Assembly (NCBI RefSeq): GCF_964188315.1
Contig: NC_135655.1
Location: forward strand, 57,412,001 to 57,476,000
Origin: Podarcis muralis
Taxonomy: Eukaryota
Direction: 5' to 3'
DNA length: 64,000 nt
Part shown: positions 25,501-35,680 of the stretch, piece by piece
Layout: every line of letters starts with the position of its first letter
Position numbering within the stretch: the stretch's first letter is position 1
Notes under the pieces: generated by a model
The model's input: the letters and a program-made list of their open reading frames with translations, nothing else
What the model was told of the DNA's origin: nothing
The model's database searches: none
Made by a program: the position numbers and the translations under genes

Positions 25501-28396
25501 ATAAATGTTCAAACGTTCTAACTTGTGAAGGAGAGGGGCTTTTAAATGGCAGCTATTGCTATAATTGCCAGGGAAGTGAAGGCTGATCATTAGGACCTGG
25601 AGCTGAGAGACAGGCAAAGCAGGGCTACTAGTGAAGAAGCTGGGGATGTGATGATGGGGAAGGAGGATCTTGCAAGTTGATTAGAAGTCTGCCTCCAAAA
25701 AAATTGGCTTCTTACAAGTGTGTCTAGTGCATAAAAATCAAACTTCACACTTTGAAATAATAGTAAGTTATTTATTAACAGTGCATGGGGGGGGGGGGAA
25801 TCAAAGCACCCTATTGTTGATAGCGGTACATAAAACACCAATTTGGTTTTTAACTACAGGAAGGGCCATAACTAAGTAGAAGAACTTCTGAAAGCTATCT
25901 AATATTAAAAAACACACACATTAATATAAAGACTGTTTTATTGATACTATAATTTCAAAGAAATAAATCTAACTTTTCAAGTTGAGTTTTCTACCAAATT
26001 TTCACAGACGAGATGGGAACATAAAGTGACTTGCACAGATGAAACACTTAATTTTGCTCTTTTTTTACTACTGGTTATAAACTAATATTTTCCTGCAGTA
26101 TTGTATGGTACAAATGTCACCTGTAAATCCAGTTTTTAAGAATACAAATAAACTTTTCCCTTTTTCTTTTAAAGGATCAAATGGCCCGCAATCCATCTGC
26201 AATTGATATGTTTATTACAGGTAAAAGTATTTTGGAACTTAAATGGGAAACAATTTAGAGACGTCAATATGAATTGGAATATGTCTGGAACTTTATCCAC
26301 TTATCTCAGCATACAGTATTTGCTCATTCTAGAACTTTTGCACCCTAGGGGACAAACTATATGTTAAACTGTGATCACGCGTAATATTGCAAGATGTTGG
26401 GAGAGTGCATTTATAAGCAGAGAATGAAAGTAAGCGTAACTCTTCAGGTGCTAGAATCCAAATCATATCTCTTGAAATCTACCCACACAAGTTCGGTATT
26501 TGCAAGATAAGTTTGGGCACTAGCACTGTATCTAAAAGCAGCCAGGTGGTGGAAGATAAGAGCACATCCTTTCACTTCACTTCCATTCTCTGGCTTGGAG
26601 TGCCCTGTCTCGAGAGGGAGAAGGAAAAACCAAATCTTGGTTGCATTTGTGCCTTACCACGTACTTGAGACTGCTAATGGTCAGAGCTAGGTGACCACCA
26701 CCTGGGAGGTCTGAACTGTTCTTTGTTTTGTTTTGTTTTGTTTTGTTTTTAGTCATAGCATATGTAATTGGCATACTGGCCTTTTTATGACCTTGTGAAA
26801 TGTTTCTCCCCCTTTGCCATTAGGTAGCTCCTATTTGGAATGGTTCACCTCCTATGTAAACAATGTAGTAACAGGTGGCTATCCCATCATCAGAGACCAG
26901 ATTTTCAGGTATTATGGCTTTGGTTTACAATCTGTGGTACAGATTACAAAATGTATTACAAAATGTAATAATCTTAAACTTGTAACAAAAATAAATTATC
27001 ATCTTATAATATTTGTTAGACATGTATGTGAGAATGAGGTAGTAAAGCAAAGCACACTTATTATTTACAATAATAACATTGTAATGTTAGCAATACATTT
27101 GCACTATGTTCTGCAGAAACAGATATAGTCTAAATGGCATTAAGCAGGTGCAGAGAATGCCTTCTCTTATTATGGAGAGAAATAGATGCACAAATTGTAA
27201 GGTGAAAGTTGGTTTTATACAAATGAATTTTTCAGTATTTGTTTATTCTTTAAACTATCAGACAAGATAATGCCTTTTTCTTTATTTGCTAGATACGTTC
27301 ATGACAAGAGTTGCGTAGCAACAACAGGAGATATTACTGTCTCTGTCTCCACATCTTTTCTACCTGAACTCAGTTCTGTACATCCACCTCACTATTTCTT
27401 TACTTACAGAATCAGGTAGGAGCAGTAAATGAATGCTGATTTTATCAATGTGTTACTCACACATCTTGAAGCTTTCTTTGCTCACTGGCAAAATTCTAAA
27501 CGACCTAAAATATGTCCTTCCAAAATCACAATTTATCAGTGAGAGATAAAAAGTAAGAATGGGGAAATGTTGAATGCTTTTTACAAGACTGCACTGAAGT
27601 TACTTCTTTGCTTTTGACTTCCTTTTCTGTAGTGTTCTATAGAACATATTCTTTCTTCTAACATCTGTTCAATTGTTATTTTTCCTGTGTAATAATTACA
27701 GGATCTAGATCTTCCCCCTTAGGGTAGCATTTCTTGGACAGTCAAATTACTACATTGTGTCAGAGAAAAACATGACTCTTATGCCCCTGCTAATGAGTGT
27801 TGTTTGTAATGTGGTCAGACGAGTGTCACAGCTATTTCCTTCCACCTCTCAAGGCCCTAAAACAGTTAAAATATTCTGGATAGTATTTTAAGGAAGGTAA
27901 TAGTTTTTGGCTAGTGCTTTTGCTCTCTCACTAAAATGAGTATTTTGCATAATTTTTTAGAATTGAGATGTCCAAAGATGCTCTTCCAGAGAAGGCTTGT
28001 CAGCTAGACAGTCGGTACTGGAGAATAACCAATGCCAAAGGTGATGTGGAGGAGGTGCAAGGTCCTGGAGTAGTAGGTAAGGAATATTTAAAGAATGTAA
28101 CTGTTTTAAAAACAACAACAACAAATGCAGGGTGCAGTTAGAGAAACCTTGATCCTTTTCTTCTCAGCCATGATTCCAATCTAAGCAACCATCGCTGCCC
28201 CCGCTGTGTGGCAATTAAACTTTTTAAAAAAAGGTTTCTTTGTTGCAAGTGCACCATCACTGAGGAAGGACTGAAAAAGAAGCCTGCAACAGTGGGATGA
28301 AAACGAAAGAGACATTCTCTTCTTTGCTTCCCTGCAACAGCACATGGAGAGGGAATGAAGGAGGGGAAGGCTTTCTACCCTTTTCCCTGCTGCAGC

Positions 28397-28431
<35 letters not shown>

Positions 28432-31197
28432 CTACTGCTACTGCTACTGCTACTGCTACTGCTACTGCTACTGCTACTGCTGCTTCCTTCAGCAAGGAGC
28501 GGGGAGAAGGAAGGGGAGAAACGTGTGGTGGGCAGTGGCATCAGGGCAGGATGATTTCTTGGGAGCTGCCCCAGACTGTCCTGCCTGTTGCTCTGTGGCT
28601 TATCTGAGGTGGCTGCCACACTTACTCACCTGCTTGCTTGGGCTGCCTGCTCACTCGCTCTGTCTTCCTGCCTGCCTGGGCCTCACACCAACTGCCTCTC
28701 AAATAAGCCATGCAAACTGCAGCATGGCAGCACCCTTACAATTTTATACTAAAATTAAAATCTATAATAGTATAGATTGCTCGCTCTTTGTTTCTTCGAA
28801 GTCTGTGGCACTGTTCTAAGGGCCAAACTACACATTACAATAAACATGCTGTTTAAAAAAGCGTGCTTAAACTGGCCAGTTTTATTGGGGCGAAGGGGAG
28901 TAGTTTTGAGGCCCTGCACTGAAACTTGTTCTCAGTCTAAATTGGAGCCCAGTTTTTGGTGAGAAACACTCCCCCATGACCATGGCTGATAAACTGCCCC
29001 CATATATTCTGTTTGCTGTATAAATATCACATTTGAGGGCAAATAGCAGTCAAGAGAGTGGGTTTGTTTGTTTGTTTTTGTCAAGAAAGTGGTATGGGGC
29101 CTGTATTGGAACCAGTCTTGTGGCTGTATTTCTTTTAGAAATAAAAGTGACTAGTTGTAAGCACACTTTTTTTAAAAGTTCATTGCAATGTTAAGTTTGA
29201 TCCTAATTGAAGTATGTTTGGTTCCAGAGGTTGAAGTCCTCTGTTAATTTTGTTTCTACAGGAGAATTTCCCATAATCAGCCCTGGTCGGGTTTATGAAT
29301 ATACCAGCTGTACGACATTTGCCACTACTTCAGGGTACATGGAAGGATACTATACATTCCATTGTCTCTACTATAAAGACAGATTTTTTAATGTTACCAT
29401 TCCTAGATTTCATATGGTTTGCCCAACGTTCAAAGTATCTACAGCACGCATGGTAAGTTAAAATGGATGTTTTTAGGCCTTAACTCTTCTCTTTGGTTTC
29501 CAGAAAACAATTGGATTTTGTGTTTAAATATAAATAGTGATCTCCTTTTTGCATAAAACTAGGTTAATAGTTTTTAGAAGCTATAAGGTGAGTAAAGTAA
29601 AAAAATACCTAGTTTAAAAATGTGTGTGCTCAAGTATCATACTTGTTTCTTTATCAATTATGAGCAAAAATGCAGTGAGGGGATTGATAACAACTTTCTC
29701 ATATATGGGATTATGAAATGTGTATAAAGGTCCTGGAACATTTGGGAAAAGCCTAAGTAGTAAAATGTCTTTTCTGACTGCTTGTTTTGTTGTTTTTTGC
29801 TTTGCTTTGCTTTGTTTTTTGAGTAATGCTCAGTTTGGGGAAGAACAAATATATTAGATATATTAATAATTTGATATTGCCTACATATTATATAAAAGGG
29901 ACATGGGTGGCGCTGTGGGTAAAACCTCAGTGCCTAGGACTTGCCGATTGCATGGTCGGCGGTTCGAATCCCTGCGGCGGGGTGAGCTCCCATCGTTCGG
30001 TCCCAGCTCCTGCCCACCTAGCAGTTCGAAAGCACCCCTAAGTGCAAGTAGATAAATAGGTACCGCTTTATAGCGGGAAGGTAAACAGCGTTTCCGTGCG
30101 CTGCGCTGGTGCTGGCTCGCCAGAGCAGCTTCGTCACGCTGGCCACGTGACCCGGAAGTGTCTTCGGACAGCGCTGGCTCCCGGCCTCTTAAGCGAGATG
30201 AGCACACAACCCCAGAGTCGGTCACGACTGGCCCGTACGGGCTGGGGTACCTTTACCTTTACATATTATATACCGTATTTTTCTCTCTATTACACGCAGA
30301 TTTTTTCTCCTAAAAAGGAAGGGGAAATGTCTGTGCGTGTTATTGAGCGAATGTGGGGGGGGGGGTCCCTGGAGCCGATTAGGGGAGCGCAGGAACAAAA
30401 ATCAGCAAAAATCAAATCGTGCGTTGCGTCGGAGAGGGAAACCTGAAAAGAGGAAGTTGCTGCTTTCCTGCATTCTGCCTCAGGGTCTTACTGCCCACTC
30501 GCTTGTGTTTCATTGCTGTGTTTGCTCAAACGGAACAAAGAGCAGGCAAATCCCCTCCCCTCCAGGCAAGCAGAGGGGAAAGCAGAGGTCTTTCCTTCTA
30601 ATTCCTCTCCGTGCTCCTCGCAGGCAGCCAGAAAACATGCAGGAGCCAGCTCCCCTTCCTTTTATTTCCTGCTGCTGCTCCCTGCATGCCCCCAGAATCT
30701 GTTGTGTCCACTGGCATTGTTTTGGATCTTGCCCAATGCCTACTAAAGAACCAAAGAATTGTCCTACTGTCTAGTGTCCAATATATAGCATAATGCCATC
30801 TTGAATGGCTGTGACAGGAATTTCAGCCCAGCCCCAGGCTTTCTGTTGGGTAACACTTTGGCAATCTGTTGGAAACCAGACATAGTTGTATAAATGCCAT
30901 ACAAACTACAAGAGATGTTAAAGTATTTTACTTTTTCTGTGGTACTCATTGATCCTTTGTTTAATGCAGCTCAGCTTGATAAACATGATAACATTTAGTT
31001 GGGGTAGTTTTGCAAGGAAACTTTGTCAAAGAGCTTACCTATATTACTTTTGTTCCTGCATTTAGGAAACCAATCATAACGAATGTGCGATGGATGAAGA
31101 CGAAGACTCAACAGATACTGATGAATATGAAGACAGACGCAGAATTCTGGACATCCCTGTTCCTTCTGGACGGGGACGTTGCCCGCGTCAAACTTGA
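18992..31197 (+). CDS. FBXO3: F-box only protein 3 (F-box + SMI1/KNR4 + ApaG), spliced CDS: 18992-19098, 21828-21917, 22838-22992, 24891-25005, 25135-25339, 26175-26220, 26824-26908, 27293-27415, 27961-28076, 29262-29452, 31066-31197; 454 aa
   Basis: All 11 exons have GT-AG junctions with consistent phases (1365 nt). Peptides [101 protein letters not shown] and [20 protein letters not shown] match human FBXO3 as recalled. Position next to LMO2 and CD59 is syntenic. Confidence 0.97.
21425..21600 (-). mobile_element. L2-group LINE RT fragment in FBXO3 intron 1
   Basis: Minus-strand [31 protein letters not shown], a degenerate LF.IY...YADD RT motif. Confidence 0.75.
28389..28482. repeat. Mixed (CTG)n/(CTA)n/(CTGCTA)n repeat in FBXO3 intron 9
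   Basis: Direct reading, about 31 triplets. Confidence 0.95.
29898..30259 (+). mobile_element. Sauria SINE, full length, in FBXO3 intron 10
   Basis: tRNA-derived head (GGGAC..GGTGGCGCTGTGG; B-box GGTTCGAATCC), (ACCTTT)n tail, 13-bp [16 protein letters not shown] (29882-29894 / 30260-30272). Family name from recall of the lacertid consensus. Confidence 0.9.
30273..30355. mobile_element. Partial copy of MITE family 2
   Basis: TA-CCGTATTTTTTCTCTCTATTACACGCAG...GGGGAAATGTCTGTGCGTGTTATTGAGCGAATG matches the reverse complement of the 16185 end. Confidence 0.7.
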
Positions 31198-33268
31198 GCA
31201 AACTTCCAGAAAAACAAAACAAAGACCTATTGATTCTGCAGAAAATATTTCTGTGGAAGATACCATGTAAAAATATTTCTGAATATTAAGTCATTATTTG
31301 GCAGAGGAGCAACTAGCATGAGTGCTGGTTCTGGCTTGCATCTGAGCAGATTATACAAACAGGGTTCTCTTTTGTCATGTGTTTGCTTCTCGAAAGAGAA
31401 TATGTTGGGTAGAGGTGGGAATACAGTAGTGTGGTGAGCTATATTCTTCCAAAAAGCTTTGCAGTTGAAAGTAATCATTGTAAATTTAAACTTCCTTAAA
31501 ACCAGAATGGTGCTGCCCATTTTTCTTTCCGTTCCTTTTTTTAATTAAAGCAGCAAACAAAATGGAAAATTAGGCATGTCATTTTCACAATGATTTTGTA
31601 TTACTATTTCATCTCTTGACATATGTGAATGAAATAACTGAAGTTAAATATGTATAGCCATTGGGACGAATATGTATGTTTTTAATGGAACACTCTGAAA
31701 TGCTTGAAAGGGAGCTGGTCTAATGTTTTAAATCCTGCATCATGCGCCTTTTTGAACATGGAATATGCATATTGCCTACTGCATTTCTTCATTTATTATA
31801 TAATATAAATATGTAAATAGCTTGATTTTCCTCTTCAACTGCCATTTAACTATTGTGATACGTGTTTAGAATTTTAAGTATAAACATGTTTTCCTGAACA
31901 CTAAATGGTTTTCTTTATAACTGTCTCACTAAAAATGAAGAGAACTTGAAATAAGTATTAACTCGAACATTTACATTGATGGGTATTAATATATATATAT
32001 ATAGCAAAGGACAGGTGAGATGTAGTTTCGTACAGCAGTTGCACCATTCTATAAAGTAGTGGGGGCTTTAGGCTGCAATCACATACACACATACTTGGGA
32101 GTAAATCCTATTCTACTCCCAAGTAGACATGTCTAGGACTGTACTGTTAAGCAGCGGTGGTAGAAAGGATTCACCTGTAATAAAACTGGAAAATCTGTCA
32201 TAGACTTCTATGCCAGGATAGGGACCTGTAGGGACCTCCAGATGTTGTTGGGACTACATCTCCCATCATCCCTGGAAATGCTGCAGATTGAACCTTGGGC
32301 CTTCTTCCCGCAGTGCAGATGATATACAAATAAGCTGTAGCCCTTCACTGATAGTGTGGCTCAGATGTTCCTCCGAATGATATATAATTAGGATTTACCA
32401 ACTGTACTTGGTACATAAGATTGGGGGCGGGGAGTAAAAAGAAAAGTAAAATTCATAATTAAGAAAATATCAAATTGATACTCCTAGCTGAAGTAAACTG
32501 CAACTATAATTTCCAAAAAGAGTGAACTTGTTACATTGTGGAAAGCGTTTGAATTTTCTCAAAGCCATAGTTGTATAATAATTTATTGTAGGGTTTGTAT
32601 TATACATTTACAGCATAATCTACAGCAAAGGGAATCCAGGTAAAGTCAGGATGCAGTTTTTTAAAGTATTGTGATTCTGAAAATATTTTAATTAGCTTAT
32701 GAACTTGTTTTTCCTCCTCATTTTGGCTAGAACAAAAACAGTACTTATCGCAGATGGTGATTTGGGAAAGGGGGTTGAAATAAACCAGCATCTCTGATTT
32801 GTTTCCCCCCTTGTGATTACAGGAAGGAGCAAAACAGCCATGATCAGTTTATGATGACATTTACCATGACATGCTACCAATGCCTATCAGACCCCTTTAT
32901 CCTATGAGATGATACTTTTACTGAGGCTAGATAACCTCAGTAAAAAAAAAAAAAAAATCCTCATTCCAGGAGGTTTAAGATATTTCCCTATATATGTTTG
33001 TTTACATGTCAGTTGAGTGCTAAACTTCAGGAGGAAGTAAGCTCTACAGAAACTTTTGCTGTATGTAGTAAACCTGACAATGCTGTCCATACTATTCCCA
33101 GTTCCCATAACTGCATACAGCCAACTTGAGAAGGGTTTGAAGTTTATATGCCCAGGCACCTTTTTATATACTGTAGGCTACCTCATGTCATCCTTATCTT
33201 CCTTATCCCAGTAGGTAACTGTTCTTGAAGTTCTTTGAATATCAGAAGCTAGCATCCCATCTGATATA

Positions 33269-33488
33269 CAGTGGTACCTAGGGTTAAGAACTTAATTCGT
33301 TCTGGAGGTCTGTACTTAACCTGAATCACCACTTTAGCTAATGGGGCCTCCCGCTGCTGCTGCTGCAGCACGATTTCTGTTCTCATCCTGAAGCAAAGTT
33401 CTTAACCCGAGGCAATATTTCTGGGTTAGTGGAGTCTGTAACCTAAAGCGTATGTAACCTGAAGCGTATGTAACCCGAGGTACTACTG
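33269..33488 (+). mobile_element. Tc1/mariner MITE family 1, copy 2
   Basis: Same sequence as 12066-12307, TA flanks. Confidence 0.9.
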
Positions 33489-33654
33489 TATACCATGTGC
33501 CTTACTCTCTATCCTTTCTGGAAGCGAGAATATATGTTAAAAACAAGCTTTCCAATCTGGATAAAAAGGTCTCTGATGTAGGTGTTTTATTGCTTTCAAA
33601 TACATACAGTATTCAGAACCAGTTTGTTCTCAGTGTGGAGGCAGTGTTTAGCCT

Positions 33655-33877
33655 AGGTAAAGGGTAAAGGGACCCCTGACCGACTCTGTGTTGTGGCCGA
33701 CTCTGGGGTTGCATTGTTCATCTCGCTTTATTGGCCGAGGGAGCCGGCGTACAGCTTCTGGGTCATGTGGCCAGCATGACTAAGCCGCTTCTGGCAAACC
33801 AGAGCAGCGCACGGAAACGCCATTTACCTTCCCGCCGGAGCGGTACCTATTTATCTGCTTGCACTCTGACATGCTTT
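33655..33877 (-). mobile_element. Sauria SINE 3' portion (interrupted by CR1)
   Basis: Reverse complement of the 3' part of the SINE at 29898 (AGGTAAAGGGTAAAGG tail ... CGGTACCTATTTATCTGCTTGCAC...GCTTT). Confidence 0.9.
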
Positions 33878-34474
33878 TAGGGCAGCAGCTGAAGAAGGAA
33901 CAAAAAGGGTTTTCTTGTGTGAGTTTCTTGTGGCTGTTTAGCTGCTCTCTCTGTGCAAAGGTCAGAGGGGGCAGGGCTTCTGTTGAGGTAGGTGATTAGC
34001 TGTGGGAGGAGCTTATCAGAGTTTTAGGGCAGCAGCTGAAGAAGGAACAAAAAGGGTTTTCTTGTGTGAGTTTCTTGTGGCTGTTTAGCTGCTCTCTCTG
34101 TGCAAAGGTCAGAGGGGGCAGGGCTTCTGTTGAGGTAGGTGATTAGCTGTGGGAGGAGCTTATCAGAGTTTTAGGGCAGCAGCTGAAGAAGGAACAAAAA
34201 GGGTTTTCTTGTGTGAGTTTCTTGTGGCTGTTTAGCTGCTCTCTCTGTGCAAAGGTCAGAGGGGGCAGGGCTTCTGTTGAGGTAGGTGATTAGCTGTGGG
34301 AGGAGCTTATCAGAGTTTTAGGGCAGCAGCTGAAGAAGGAACAAAAAGGGTTTTCTTGTGTGAGTTTCTTGTGGCTGTTTAGCTGCTCTCTCTGTGCAAA
34401 GGTCAGAGGGGGCAGGGCTTCTGTTGAGGTAGGTGATTAGCTGTGGGAGGAGCTTATCAGAGTTTTAGGGCAGC
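33875..34474 (+). repeat. Four 147-bp tandem monomers plus a partial fifth in the CR1 5' UTR
   Basis: Unit starts at 33875, 34022, 34169, 34316 and 34463; no differences seen between copies by eye. Confidence 0.95.
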
Positions 34475-34601
34475 GGCGCGCGCCTAGCGGCGCGCGCAGT
34501 TTGATCCATATTTTAGATTTAGGGGAGCTAGTCTCAAACATTTGTTGGGGGAGACCTAGATTTTTTGGGGGGGATTTATTTGTCCTGTCTCCACACTTTT
34601 A

Positions 34602-35675
34602 ATGATAGAGGACCACTGTAGTCACCCCCAACGACACGTTCTCAAGATGGAGGGTGAGGGAACAGCTGCAGTCGCCTGTGGTTCCTGCGCAATGTTTGCC
34701 ATCTTGCCAAAGGTTGCAGGCAGCTTTACCTGCAGCAATTGCATGTTGATTGCCCTCTTAAAAGACAAAGTCCAGCAACTGGAGGAACATGTAGCTACGC
34801 TCCAAAGAATTAGAGACCTGGAACTCTTCTTGGAAGCAACAGAGCACACCGTCTCCACCAAGGAAGAGACAGGGGACTCCCCTGAGAAGGTGGCTAGTTC
34901 ACCAACACAGGAGCCAGATATATGGAGAAACGTGACTCAAAGAAGTAGGAGGCCCAGGGTTCGCTCTGATTGTTTAGAAATACGCAATCGCTTTGAGGTC
35001 CTTTCCCCTACCATGGAAGACGAAGAGCAGACTCCATTTGAGGATCTCTCCCTCATTACAGTCGATCAGGTATATGAAGACGAGCAGCAAAGGCAGTCCT
35101 CAGGGAATGTCCAGGCGACCTTGGAACGGACAGCTCACAGAAGAACCCCGACCAGACCTAAGAGGAGGCGTGTGGTGGTGATAGGGGATTCCCTACTGAG
35201 GGGAACAGAAGCAGTGATCTGTGGGCCTGACAAGATGTCTCGGGAAGTGTGCTGTCTCCCCGGGGCTAAGATCCAAGATGTAACTGAACGACTGCAAGGA
35301 ATCATAAAACCCACTGACAAATACCCCTTCCTCTTGGTTCATGTGGGAACCAATGACACTGCAAGCAATAGCCTCCAGAAGATCAAAAGAGATTATGAGG
35401 CTCTGGGCAGGAAATTGAAGCAATTAAATGCACAAATTGTCATCTCATCTGTCCTCCCAGTTGAACGACGTGGCCCAGGGAGAGAGGGAAAAATAGTGGA
35501 AGTGAACAACTGGCTTCGCAAATGGTGTAAACAGGAACGGTTTGGATTCTTAGATCACGGACTGCAGTTTCTTGAAGATGGACTTCTGGCAAGCGATGGG
35601 CTGCACCTCACAACGGTTGGGAGGAATGTTTTTGCAAAAAATCTCAGAAACCTCATCAGGAGGGCTTTAAACTGA
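34602..35675 (+). CDS. CR1 ORF1p (zinc finger/leucine zipper + SGNH esterase); 357 aa, or 342 aa from ATG 34647
   Basis: CGSC-x14-CSNC followed by a heptad leucine repeat; SGNH blocks GDS, PGA, GTND and DGLH. Confidence 0.93.
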   Translation: MIEDHCSHPQRHVLKMEGEGTAAVACGSCAMFAILPKVAGSFTCSNCMLIALLKDKVQQLEEHVATLQRIRDLELFLEATEHTVSTKEETGDSPEKVASSPTQEPDIWRNVTQRSRRPRVRSDCLEIRNRFEVLSPTMEDEEQTPFEDLSLITVDQVYEDEQQRQSSGNVQATLERTAHRRTPTRPKRRRVVVIGDSLLRGTEAVICGPDKMSREVCCLPGAKIQDVTERLQGIIKPTDKYPFLLVHVGTNDTASNSLQKIKRDYEALGRKLKQLNAQIVISSVLPVERRGPGREGKIVEVNNWLRKWCKQERFGFLDHGLQFLEDGLLASDGLHLTTVGRNVFAKNLRNLIRRALN

Positions 35676-35680
35676 CTAAT

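Noticed and set aside
28181-28819. Poly-A/V, poly-S, poly-L and poly-C/Y ORFs
   Set aside because: Translations of the CTG/CTA microsatellite in an FBXO3 intron.
29898-29975. tRNA-like sequence with A/B boxes
   Set aside because: It is the tRNA-derived head of the Sauria SINE, not a tRNA gene; no full cloverleaf.
31010-31270. 86-aa ORF overlapping the FBXO3 last exon
   Set aside because: Alternative frame; the spliced phase-0 frame gives the acidic FBXO3 tail.
33875-34474. 147-bp array as CRISPR or satellite
   Set aside because: No spacers, eukaryotic DNA, and the array lies within the TSD-bounded CR1.
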